From the NCBI RefSeq assembly GCF_964355755.1, contig NC_092675.1, positions 491,812 to 555,811 on the forward strand: a DNA stretch of 64,000 nucleotides. The letters are read 5' to 3'. The number at the start of each line of letters is the position of its first letter. Positions within the stretch are counted from its first letter, which is position 1. This DNA is from Antedon mediterranea (lineage: Eukaryota; Animalia; Echinodermata). This document shows, in pieces, positions 27,901 to 40,114 of the stretch. The notes beneath the pieces were generated by a model, which was not told where the DNA came from, did no database searches, and saw only the letters and a list, made by a program, of their open reading frames with translations. A program made the translations under genes and the position numbers.

Positions 27901-30900
27901 ATTGCTTGTAAGAATAAATACATACAGAGTAAGGTAAGGGCTATCAAACTAGCATGTGAGAGGCGTGGATTTGAGACCGGTCTGTGCCATATTGCTTGTA
28001 AGAATAAATACATACAGAGTAAGGTAAGGGATATCAAACTAGCATGTGAGAGAGGCGTGGATTTGAGACCAGCCTGTGCCATATTGCTTGTAAGAATAAA
28101 TACATACAGAGTAAGGTAAGGGCTATCAAACTAGCATGTGAGAGGCGTGGATTTGAGACCGGTCTGTGCCATATTGCTTGTAAGAATAAATACATACAGA
28201 GTAAAGTAAGGGCTATCAAACTAGCATGTGAGAGGCGTGGATTTGAGACCGGTCTGTGCCATATTGCTTGTAAGAATAAATACATACAGAGTAAGGTAAG
28301 GGCTATCAAACTAGCATGTGAGAGGCGTGGATTTGAGACCGGTCTGTGCCATATTGCTTGTAAGAATAAATACATACAGAGTAAGGTAAGGGCTATCAAA
28401 CTAGCATGTGAGAGGCGTGGATTTGAGACCGGCCTGTGCCATATTGCTTGTATTCTTTAAAGACAAGATACTTTTATTGCCTCATACTTTGGATGGGACA
28501 TAAAGCAGTTGGTTCTGTGTACATACACTTCTAATTTGATTGAATGATATATATTTTATTCCATTTCAAGCATGTATGACAAAATCAAGATGAGTATCAG
28601 TGTCAAAACTGAACAACCGTGATAAAAATGGTACACAAAAATAATAGGAAATAGTTTGTACTGATCATGGTCCTATACATTGGTCACTCTGGGAGAACAG
28701 TATAAAAGAAGAAATAAATAATAAAAATGAAATATCAAAATAATGGTGGATTTATTTCTTCTAGTGAACGAAAAGTTTAAAACTAGAAGACATTTTAACA
28801 TTAACCTTGATAAATCCTAATGATGAAGATGAATTTAAACAAAATGAAATACTAACTTGGAGGTGTATAAAGAGGGTGGTTGATGTAGTATGATACGAAG
28901 GCTGCAAATCCCCAGTAGTAAGAACAGTTTATAAACAGGTTCATAATGGGCATTGTTGCGTGTGAGAACCGGTGGATAAAAACGGTTTCAAACAGCCGTT
29001 TTGCATAATGGAAAGTCCAACAGGCTGCAGCAATGCTATCAAACAAAAAGAATTGTTATGGTATTTAAATCCAACAGGCTGCAGCAATGCTATCAAACAA
29101 AAAGAATTGTTATGGTATTTTATTCTTTATTTATTTTAGTTTCCTGTAATTTGATTTTATGCACCATTTACTATTTTAAGAAGTCAGTGGTCTCCTCCTT
29201 TTTAAGAACCTTGTTTCCTTATTTAAAGGCCACTACTAACCATATCCAATAAAAGAAAAACAGTAAAGTAAAAGTACAATTAACGGAATATGTTGGCAAT
29301 GGCATTTTATCTATTTCAGTCATGAAAAAATTAAAAAATCAGTACAGGTATGTTTAACAGCATATTTTCCAGATCCAATGATAATAAGTTTACACTTATT
29401 CATTTAACCCAAATATATACAGTACGTTAATAACTCACTGAACAGCCTGATGCATTGGTTTATACGCTGCCTGTGTGCCGTAGATGATAGCTGGCCTCAT
29501 ATAAAACAACAGATATACAAAAAGAGGCCCTGCATACTCTGACAAAAACACCTAAATAGAAAACGAAATATACATTTCTCTCCATTGAATAATTGGCACT
29601 TTCACTTGTTGAAACAGTACTGATTGAGCCACAAAAAGACTAGGGCATTTATAAACTAACCAGTGTCCAGCTGATTTGAGGACCAAGATCTTTCAGGTAC
29701 AGCTCACCACCATTATCCAGTCCTAGATGATCTAAGGTCTCATCATCCTTTATATTCTTACCCTCTGTTTAAATCAAACAAAATCATTTTTAGATTTATG
29801 ATGAATTCAATTTTTTCTCATAATGATAATATGCCATTCTTATATAGCGTTTCATGCATGTAGCCTCTAAGCGCTTCACATTATTACCCCGATTATTTTG
29901 TGGTCTAAATGGTACCTGCCCTGTTAGCAAGAGGTCTCAGGTTTGAATCCTGCCACAGACATTTTTTCATACAACAGTATTGGCTGGGGAATGGTGTGGT
30001 GCTTGCTGGAGGTGGGCAGTGTAAAAATTAAAAGTACAGTTCACTTCTTCTCGGTGTTGTTTATAAATCTTAGCACACACCAACTTTTAAGCATCCATAT
30101 TCTGTGCCTATGTACAGTTCATTTTATTCTTTATTATTATAATAATGTTCTGTACTTACTAATAGAAGATCTGATTGACTGACGCTCAGGATACAATTTA
30201 CCTTCTGAAAAAAAATGTCTAAGTCACTGAAAATCAGTAAAATTTCTATCTTATATTAACATGTGAAAAAGGGCTGTAGCACGACGTTAAAAAAAGGCTT
30301 ATTTCACAATTAGATGCTAGATCATCATCATCTGCTTTGCTGCTGACAACGTACTCTTATAATACACACTGGGTATACAAACAATGACGTCAGCACAATA
30401 ATTTAAACATATTATACTTACTTTGTGTGTAAATTTTTTTTTTAACTTCAGATATTGTAGACGACTTGTTAAGCTGCAAAATTAAATACAAATATAGTTA
30501 TAAATAGGTTATTATTTAGTTTGCATTGCAAAATAATCTGTAAAAAGTAAAATATTTACCCCAGATAACTTGGTGACTGGCTTGCCTGTACCTGCTCGTA
30601 ACACTTGTATCTATTTTGGGGGAAAACATTTAAAATCAATTAAAGGATGAATTTGATATATGATGGTACTCAGCCCACGAAATTCAGAAAAAAGAAGGTC
30701 GGCAAAAAATTGCCGACCTTAAATTCGCCAAGGTCGGCAGTCTCGGCAGTTCTAAAAATAGAAAATTCACCCCAACCCAAGGCCTAAACCTCTTGCTAAC
30801 CTAAAAGGCCTAGCTAGGCCTAGCCTCCCTAGCTATATGTTATGCAAAAAGAACTAGCAAAATTAACTAAAAAAAAATATAAAAACCTAACACTAAAATC

Positions 30901-31975
30901 TACAAGATAAATTCTATTTGATAATTAATTGCTGAACATCATGGTTCTGGAGCTAGCCGTACACAGAGCATAGTTGCTTGCTTGGCATAACAGGGTATTC
31001 CCCTACACAGGTCTGTGGCGCGCGCCCAGCCAGCTTGGTTGATAGGAAGGAAAGCATGCAGCTCACACACAAAATGATGTAATGGTTGAGTGAATTCAGG
31101 GATCATCTTAATTCCATGGTTTGTTAACTAAACACAACATGGTGGTGAATATGCCTGTTAAAATTTCAATGATACGATCCCTTAAAGTACCATGTTGTTG
31201 CTAGGAGGCTTGAAAGGAGGGATCTAGCCTAGTTTCTAGGTCGGCAATCTCTTGCCGTCCTCTGACAATTTAAGGTCGGCAATAAGGTCGGCAATTGCCG
31301 ATTGCCGACGTGAAATTCGTGGGCTGATGGTACTGGTTACGTAGCCATAGTTAAATACTTTATCTAAAGTTAAGTCTGTCTCTATTGGTCCAAGTATAAA
31401 AATAGCCCAACCTCATAGATGGTGAATAAAATGGATAACAGGAAAACAAATGATTTAATAAACAATTTTTTTTATCTTTTTATTCTTTCCTTTTAAATTT
31501 CTACTCAACATCCATGAGATGAGGTTTTAACTTTTAGACTGGTTTTATTTCATAAAATTTATTAAGCCATGTTTTAATAAATTAATTATACTAGCACAAC
31601 AATTCCTTGAAGTTGTTACGACCAATCAAAATGCGGCTGACGCCTGTTCTCTTTTACCGAGATGCCATGTGGCTAGCCTTACTATCTACCCAGGTCTACT
31701 CCTACAGTAGCTGGAAATGCTAAAAGTCTAGCTAAAGGCTACCTTTCTACCGGCTGTGTGTAAAACTAAATATGCTTAGTTAGGCTAGGCAGGCCTTAAC
31801 CTAGCAAGCTAGTGCCGGTGTTTTTACTACGAGTTGCTATGATTACTAAATTGGGATCTCTAAACTGATAATGTGCATTAAATAAATAAACCACATTTTA
31901 ACCGCAATGTTCATTCTATATAAAATCTCAAGCTGTAAAGATACAACAAAAATATTAGGCCTAGGCTACCTCCAT
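24936..31975 (-). CDS. TECR: Very-long-chain enoyl-CoA reductase; 9 coding exons
   Basis: Exons ~31975-31970 (ME), 30610-30560, 30473-30422, 30204-30160, 29764-29661 ([11 protein letters not shown]), 29551-29439 ([10 protein letters not shown]), 29035-28857 ([29 protein letters not shown]), 25664-25621, 25256-24936 ([32 protein letters not shown]). Confidence 0.95.
25671..28451. repeat. 90-bp minisatellite, ~27 copies in two blocks, in TECR intron 7
   Basis: Unit ataaatacatacagagtaaggtaagggctatcaaactagcatgtgagaggcgtggatttgagaccggcctgtgccatattgcttgtaaga. ~12 copies at 25671-26740 and ~15 at 27102-28451. Confidence 0.97.
26741..27096 (-). mobile_element. tRNA-derived SINE with Deu/Nin-like core, inserted in the minisatellite
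   Basis: Minus strand: A-box tggctgagcgg, B-box ggttcgaggcc, core tcttctcggataaggactataaaccgtaggtcc...aagagtagggggttaccccggtg resembling the Deu domain of AmnSINE1/SINE3 (recalled), and an A-rich tail. Confidence 0.8.
29016..29120. repeat. 54-bp tandem duplication spanning the TECR exon 7 splice acceptor
   Basis: tccaacaggctgcagcaatgctatcaaacaaaaagaattgttatggtattt at 29016 and 29070. Confidence 0.95.
30671..31326. mobile_element. hAT-type non-autonomous element in TECR intron 1
   Basis: 8-bp TSD atggtact on both sides, TIR cagcccacgaaattca/tgaaattcgtgggctg, and subterminal aaggtcggcaa repeats. Confidence 0.88.
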
Positions 31976-32950
31976 GATGTATTCTCCTCTCGCTGATCGA
32001 CGTCGTCCCGTCCGCCGTCCGGCAGGCCAGTGCTTTTCTTTCTATTTTTGAAATGTGTATGTCGCCCTCTTTCTCTAAGTAGGTACATATAAATTGTATA
32101 ATCGTATTATTTTTCAATTTTATATCCGCCTATGGTATCGACAGGGTGATTATAGTTTATACTCTAACTTATTTAGGACATTACCAAAATCGCACCCTGT
32201 GCTGACTCGTACAAAAACGAAACCTTATTTCCTCCTGACCCTGAGTGATCATTAATTGTGATTCTCATTTAAATCCCCTGACATGGCCCCATTTATATAA
32301 TATGGTTCTGTAAAAAGATATCCTATTTGACTTTGAGTCATCAGCTGCTTCGTAACAAAAATGAGAGTGTATTTTATCACCATCTCGAATTCAAACTATA
32401 AAACATGCTACAGTAGGCTATATAAATTATTATTATTATTATGCGCCAGTACTATAATCCATCGATCAGCAATATGATTGCACATTCGAACCTGCTGGAG
32501 TCAGTGGAGCAAACTGCTTATCACAACTTCATCCGCTAAGATGAAGATGCAAATTTAGCAAGTATTTTCTCAGTGAACAAATTCGAAACTTACTGATACT
32601 GATGATGAGCATCCTTAAAGCATAGACCTACACTAAATCGAGTCTATAATATGAAGACAGATGTCTTGGTGATGACATTATCTAAGATGAAAGAGAGAAA
32701 GAGAAAAATATAATGCAAGTTGCAGAGACGTCAAGAGTTTTGTTTATGTTGTTTCAACATCTGCGATATTTAAAGAATGTAGGCCTAAACCAGTCAACAT
32801 TAGAAAATGTTGTTTTGAAGACAGTAGGCCCGGACTTTTTGTATTAATGAGTTCAAGCAACGTTCAACAAAGTGCAAGTTAATATAAGTTAATAATTCAC
32901 AATTAGAAAAGTAATGTAACATAAATATTGAATTCCTTTGCCAGAGAGAT

Positions 32951-33083
32951 CTGTGGCCGTATTCACCATTCACACTTGGGCTTAAACACTTTTAAGTTAA
33001 AAATATATTTTGAGTTAAGTGAAATACTTAATATTTAAGTGAAATAGCTCACTTTAAAGTGTGATTGGTGAATATGGCCACAG
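32951..33083. mobile_element. Small palindromic MITE-like element
   Basis: ctgtggccgtattcacca...tggtgaatatggccacag. No clear TSD. Confidence 0.55.
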
Positions 33084-33303
33084 GTTCAGAAATAGTAGGC
33101 CAAAACATACCGGTAGTAAGTCTAATTGATAACATCAACGAGACGACCGAAAATATACTTTGTTTATTTTCAAACTTTGAAAATTATCTCTCTATCTATA
33201 TCGCAATTTAATTAATAATGGGAACAAACTGTCGTTTGTTTTTCAAGTTTAAGGGGGTCTATGAATCATGCCTTATGCTAAAATATTGGTCCTTGTTACA
33301 GTA

Positions 33304-33449
33304 AGCTTGGTTCTCCCAATTGGACGACACAATGTAACTACGTAGCGTAACTCAAAGTGAGTTGACCAATCACAGTCTCGGATGGTCCATCGTGTTATGA
33401 TTGGTCAAATTATTTGCGTCCCTCTGCGGCGGGTGTGGGAACCAAGTTT
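33304..33449. mobile_element. Palindromic MITE family B (related remnant at ~1345-1470)
   Basis: aagcttggttc...gaaccaagttt ends with internal ttgaccaatca/tgattggtcaa. Confidence 0.55.
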
Positions 33450-34381
33450 TGATAACGTTTTCTGGTACTATACAATGTGTAGAAAACACACTACTTTTCT
33501 TTGACGACTCGACATCGATTTAAGTTATTAGGCTACTCTCAAACTCGTAGTGAAGGAAAAGGAAACGAACAAAACGGTTTAATAAGATTATGGCCACCAA
33601 CGAAATCGGCTGAACGATGTTAAAGGCCTCAGTTTCCACTCAACAAAATCGTGTGGCCGTTAACAACAGATCTACCCCCCTCTCCTTTCATTAAATTGTT
33701 AGATCTGATTAACGAACAAAACAACAACAAAATTTCTTTATTCAGTTTTGTATCTTTATTCTGTGATTAACTGCACTATCCTGTATAATGTAACAGCCAT
33801 TGATTAACATATTTATAAATATTAAGGTTTTTAACTGGCCTTTCACTAAGCTACATAAGAGAAAAACACAAAATAGTTTTTGGTATCTTTCCGATCCTAT
33901 AACAGTATACTATTTGTTATACTATATGTGTCGTATGAAGAATTATTATTTTAGTGTGCTGAAAAACTGTGTAATGTACTTGTTTGTACATTTTATTTGT
34001 ATTATTAGCAGTTATTCTGTTGGCCTCATGCACATAACATTCTTCTGGTAAATTAATTCTTTTTGTTTAACTGAATAAATACTTTTAATACACAGTAAAT
34101 ACTTAGATGATACTAAACACAAATAGTATTTATTTCTTTTTCATAAAATTAATAACAAATAAATTCTGGCAGTATTTTCTATCCTTTGTGCATATACCTA
34201 TAATATATAAATTATTCACTCTATAATACCTTCCTCATACACACTCACTACATATAATTTTGCTGTATAATTAATATACTTAGTATATACCTAAATGTTA
34301 AAATTTAATAATGTATTTCTATTAAAATATACATATTTACACACTATTTTAAATTAGCACATGTCTATCAAAGGGTTCAAA

Positions 34382-34405
34382 CATGGAGGTATTTATACCT
34401 CCATG
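34382..34405. repeat. 24-bp hairpin flanked by a 7-bp direct repeat
   Basis: gttcaaa|catggaggtat-tt-atacctccatg|gttcaaa. Confidence 0.8.
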
Positions 34406-35731
34406 GTTCAAATATACTGTAGAAAAAAACAACAAATAAATAAATAAAATATTAAATCATTTACTAAATGCGTGTTGAACAAACCCATGCTTTCTCCACT
34501 TAGTTATCAAGTTACATACAGTATGTGATAATTATGTGATGTATCCTAAACCACTGGAATGAATCCAAATTCAGTGTGAAATGTACCTTAATTGGAGTTA
34601 TTAATAAAGGATAGGATAACTTACAACATTAGAATTTCCTACATGATATATTATGATGATCATTCATTTTATGAACTATATAATTTACAGTTCTTTCTAA
34701 TCAAAAGTTTCTTATTTTCAAATCTAACACATAAAACTAATCTATAAGGTATTTCTATTTAAAAAAAAATCAAGGACATGTAAATTATGAATAAAATAAC
34801 TACTGAACCCAGTATTACTGCCTTTAAACTTATGAACCTCTATAAGAATTACACCAAACACAAAGAAATCAGCCATTGTTTCCTCCAACTTGTTAGCTGT
34901 GTAGACACGATACAGTAGTGGACTAGTATTAGTATTCCTTTAGTATAGCCTACTGTAGGCTTTTACTATACATTTAACACTAGACCAACATTAAGTCTGA
35001 GAAATAAATACCCCTAAAGCACCTACAGTTACACAGAACTAAAATTCTATTTCTTGTCAGAGTTCCAAACAATATTAACATATTGTCTAATAGTATTTAT
35101 AATTGTTCATTTCCATATTATAATAATTAGTTTAATTCAATTAATAAAGAGAGAGTGTGTTATAAAAAAAACATAGCTACTACAGTACTCTTCGTACAGT
35201 ACCAGCCTAAATTGCAATCACTACTTTGAAAAGACACCAATTACCAACTTAAACTTTAGGTTTGTTCGCCAGAATTGTGAATCAACGTAAAACTTCTTTT
35301 ACTAATAAGGTGCCGACATTGCCACCATTAAATCATGGCTAGCACTAAAAAAGATACATACATTCAATACTGTAGTTATATCACATAAATTACTACTTCA
35401 TAAAAGAACATTAGAATATGGCATCATGTATATTTTCATGCCAGAGACTTCACAGCACCATTAATAAGCAAGATAAAGAAAACAATTCATCATTTTACAA
35501 TTTATTTATTTTCCATCGTTTATTTAAATAGATCTATCATGCTGTTTGTTCCTTCAATTTGAGTCAAGTCAAGGTGATGATCTTAGTGTTCCTATCAGCT
35601 GACTATCTAATAATTCCAATATAAACGTAATTTCTCCATTCATTCAAATCAAGAGTTTTATGTGTTTCACATGTTAGCATTTAGCTGATGAAAAGTAAAG
35701 AAGTATCATTTCATAACTTGAGTAAGTAGTT

Positions 35732-38700
35732 TCAGTAACGCGGTAAACAGTCTGCTAAGATTTCCTTTGTGGAATTTGTTATGTGTTCAGGGAAGCCAAT
35801 ATCAAACGTGATGATTAGATCGCCGCGACGCGTTGGCTGTTTCGGAAATGGCAATCCTTCTCCACTTATGCGTTTCTTTGTAGAAGGTTTGATTACGTCA
35901 TGGACGGGAACTTGTATCGTCCTACCTTCTATTGTAGGTACTTGTAGTGTTGTACCAACCAATGCCTGAAATATAAATAAATTAGTTAGTTATGAATAAA
36001 TTAATTGGTAATGAATGTAAATTGTATTCTTAGTAATTTATAAGGGACACCTTCCCATGGGAACGAATGACTGGCAATATAGGTTTTATAACACTAAGGC
36101 CAACCCCTACCCCTTTAGTGGACACTTTGATGGGTTCAGAAGGTGTCCCCTGTATGTAGTAATAATGTATTATTTATCCACTCTTGTTTGAAGCAAAACA
36201 AAATGATGTAATTGGAGAAACTAAACACTGCAGTATGAACTGAATGAGTGCAAATGTTCTTTTTTCAAATATTTCGCGATAGGACAACCTACCACACAAA
36301 AAAAATTATAAATAATTTGTCATAGTTAGGATATCGGTATAATAATAATATTCTTCTCGTTTCTAGACTTTAGCCATGATTTAATAACTCCACTTGTACT
36401 GACAACTGCTGAATGTCAAATCAGAGTTTCCTGTTTACTTAATTGCTAATAATTGCTTTGACTTTTTAGAGCCATTCAAACATCCATGGGAAATCAGTTT
36501 ACAATAAACTTGTCCTAACTATGATGCAGAATGAAAATCAATTACAAAATGAAATACAGTCAACTCTACCAATACCGGACATCCTTGGGCTGGCCCAAAG
36601 ATGTTTGGGCCTGCCAAAATATCCTTGGGCCGGCCTAAACTTGGATATCCTTTGGCTGGCCCTATACCCGGACGGTCCTGGTACAATACCGGACATCCCT
36701 GACATGGACCAAAACATCATGATTTTATTGAATCCATTATATTTAAATTTGGGAACTCCAACCAGTTTTTAGAGTCTAGTAATTTATCGGGTAGTTGACT
36801 GGTAAACTTGAAAATAAAATACAGTACAAACTTTGCACCTAAAACACTAAGAATCTTTTTTTGGTGGGTGAAGGGTGGGGAGAGCGAGTGTAAAATTGAG
36901 ATTTCAAAAGAAAGGTAAATGATGATAAATTATGTTAAAATATTTGGCATTGAATCAAAAAAAGTTAAACAATTATTAAATTAAATTATTTTTTGTTAAA
37001 ACGAAGAGTTGAATGTTGCCAAAATATAAAAAAAACACCATGTTGATTTAAACAAGCCAAACTTAGTGAGTGGGGACAGCAGGAGGTTGAGCAGCAGGAT
37101 GCCTACTACAAATTGTCAATTATTTTTAAAACACAAAATGAAACGTTTCATACAATTTTGTATTATTTTTAACTACAAAAATATCCACTTCTGTCCAAAA
37201 TGAATGTTATTTTGTTTCTGTTTCTATTTTATACTAAATAATTAATACTAGAAACATGCTGTTTTTAACATAACATTGTTTGTATGTAGATGATCATACA
37301 CTGAACATGTCTACATGATCATGTACTGAACATGATAATGTACTGAACATCTAGATGATCATGTACTGAACATCTAGATGATCATGTACTGAACATGAAC
37401 ATGTAATGAACATGTACACAGTACTGTAGATGATCATGTACTGAACATAAAAATGATATCTCATTAATAATAGTGGCCTGACCAGATAAACATAATACAT
37501 AGTAATTCAATAGGTTATAGGTAAGCTGTACATAGTTTGTGTCAAATGAACGCAAGCTATTCTTGACAATTATTAATAGCATAGGCAATTCACAGCAGAT
37601 GCACATTCTCTAGGCATATAATTGTTTATTCACGAGGTTAGCTATTTATAATCTTTCACGAACCATTGAGTCTATGCGGTTACTTTCCTTTTTAAACTTT
37701 CAAGTATGGTGAGCAAATTGTATTGTTGTGAATGGCTAGTTGCATGGTGATAAAACAAACAGTTTGTGTAAAGAGTTGTTTTATAAGGAAAAATATTGTC
37801 CATAAATAAATTAGTACAGTAGTACAATGTGTCTGAAATAAATTTCATGGATTATTATACAGTATTATTCGGGTTAGTAATATGAGGGTAGATTATAATA
37901 TTAAAGTAAATTGTGTGGCCAACATGATACTGGGCAGTACAGTAAATAGGCCAGTTGGTCAATGGTACCTTAAGCCAAAATATTGTGTGGTCAGTATGAT
38001 AACATTAAATACCAGTCAGTAGGCCAGTTGTTAATGGTGGTAACATAAACCAAAAGCATATACTTACATCCCGAAGAGAAACCTTGGCTTTGAATATTAA
38101 ATTGCTTCCCTCACGAGTAAAAACTGGATGCGGCTTGTCTTTAAGGATAAATACAATGTCTGCTGGTATATTGGATGCCGTTTGGTCCCCTTCTTTTGGG
38201 AAGGTTATCCGTGTACCTTCTTTCCAGCCAGGTTTTACTTGAATTTCTAATACTTTATCCTCTATGCGTGTTGTTTTTTTGTCTGAATTTAAAACCTTTC
38301 TCGATATTTTCATCTTTTTTGTGCATCCCCTATAAATGTCTTCTAAAGAAACCTTAAGATCATGTTGTATAGCAGAGTCTTGTTGTTTCTTTTTGTGCAT
38401 TCCGCCGCCACGCATACCCGATTGTCCCATATTACTTCCAAACTGGCCAAAATTCATCCCGCCAAATCCATCTCCCATGTCCATAGGCTCTCCCATATTA
38501 AAACTCATTCTTGAGCCAGCCCCATTCTGCCCTCCGCCATGCATAAAGAACATATCAAAGGGAGATTGACCAGGACCAAAAAAACTTTCAAATGTGGCGT
38601 TTGGATCGCCGTGATACGACCACGACGTATTCCCGCCACTGTGTCCATTATGCGTGCCATGTTTAAGTCCTTCCTCACCAAACTTATCATAAATATCTCT

Positions 38701-38880
38701 CCTTTTTTTATCGCTTAGTACTTCATATGCTTCAGATATTTCCTTGAATTTGTCCTCGGCTCCCTTGGATTTGTTCTTATCAGGATGATGTTTCAGAGCC
38801 TGCTTCCTATACGCTTTCTTAATCTGATCATCTGTCGCTCCTTTTGTTATCCCCAGAATTTTGTAGTAGTCTTTACCCAT
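35732..38880 (-). CDS. DnaJ/Hsp40 subfamily B (DNAJB1/4/5 type); 2 coding exons plus a 5'UTR exon
   Basis: [17 protein letters not shown]-domain, G/F-rich linker, [18 protein letters not shown] (38880-38068), spliced to [31 protein letters not shown] (35965-35732). UTR exon donor at ~39725. Confidence 0.93.
36557..36801. mobile_element. pogo/Tigger-like MITE in the DNAJB intron
   Basis: TA|cagtcaactctacc...ggtagttgactg, with internal taccggacatcc repeats. Confidence 0.6.
37287..37450. repeat. Degenerate ~23-bp tandem repeat
   Basis: Recurrent tagatgatcatgtactgaacat. Confidence 0.7.
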
Positions 38881-39989
38881 AGTTATCTGAGGTTTCCAAA
38901 AGAAAGTAAACATTTATTAAATTAATACACTTACTGTACACTTATTATTAATCACCAATGTGAATCATTGATTGTCAGTAGGCCACGGCCACTTAAAAAT
39001 GTGTCCTGTTTACACTGATGACAGATTTAATCAGTTGGTGGCATTTAAAACTGGTGTTTTTTTTGCTATAAAAAGTGCCGTTTTTTATGCTCAGTTTATA
39101 TTAAATAAGATTGTGACGTCTTTACTTATTAATCACCATTGTATTTTTCTTAGTACAGTTATGGCTGTCGTTACTTTCTACTAGTACTGCAAACATTGTA
39201 TAGGCAGACAGATTCATATTGAATAATTTTAATTACTTTTTTTGATTGTCTATTGACAATTGTAAATTTACAAACTATATTTCTCTACTAAATAAATCTA
39301 TCTAAGCCTAGAGGTAGACGCTAAATAAACAAAGCAACTACAGTAATATGTACATGTGCAGGGAAAAATTTCATTTTAAAATTTTGTTTAGCAATTATTG
39401 CTAATCAAACTGATTTTTTAGTCGAGAAACATAGCCTAGTTTTGTATTGTCTTTTTTTGCTACACAATTTTAGAAATGTGTAGCAATAAGGTTATTTTGT
39501 ATAGCTTTTTGCTATGCTACACTGGCGAAATTATTCCCTGCATGTGTGGTGACTATAAAACAATTTACGTATTTTTTAACAAATTATAGACATCTATCTA
39601 GGTCTAGGCCTAGCCTAAAATAGGCCGATGTGAAGAGTACCCTTTAAAGCACTGTATAACCTACCGACCGATCTAAATGTATTGTAATCACAACTCACAC
39701 TCTCACAGTCTGGTAGAGAGCTTACCTTTTTGCTGGGCCTAATCCGAAATTCTTGTTTACAAAACTTAAGAGAAATATACCAAATGAGTCAACTATCTTT
39801 TACTAATTCGTTTACACTATGTTGTAATTCTTAAATGATTTTCAGAACACTTATTTTTAGAAAATAACCAACCAATGACCTATCAAATCAATGGCGAAAT
39901 GTTTCTCGACGAGTCGAGTGACGTTGGTGTGGTGGTGGGCGGTGTCTCTCTCCTCGATGTGTCTAGATAATTCGAAAAACGCCACCATA

Positions 39990-40004
39990 CTTCTAGAATA
40001 TTCT
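39990..40004. promoter_or_regulatory. Heat-shock element upstream of the DNAJB gene
   Basis: cTTCtaGAAtaTTCt, three perfect alternating nGAAn units. An imperfect array lies at ~39960-39978. Confidence 0.8.
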
Positions 40005-40077
40005 GTGAGTCATCTACTTAAACTATTACAGTAGTAACTTTTAGAGCAGACAGACATGTTATATTTTTTAGTAAGAG

Positions 40078-40114
40078 CATGGACCTATAAATTAGACTAA
40101 TTTATAGGTCCATG
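40078..40114. repeat. 37-bp perfect hairpin flanked by a 7-bp direct repeat
   Basis: gtaagag|catggacctataaattag-a-ctaatttataggtccatg|gtaagag. Confidence 0.85.

Noticed and set aside
25531-28399. Long repetitive ORFs (387 aa, 223 aa and others) and a CRISPR-like periodic appearance
   Set aside because: These are translations of a 90-bp tandem repeat in a TECR intron. There are no unique spacers and no cas genes, and the DNA is eukaryotic.
32500-32850. Possible decayed coding or transposase remnant between TECR and DNAJB
   Set aside because: No sustained reading frame or recognisable motif. A tBLASTx search would be needed.
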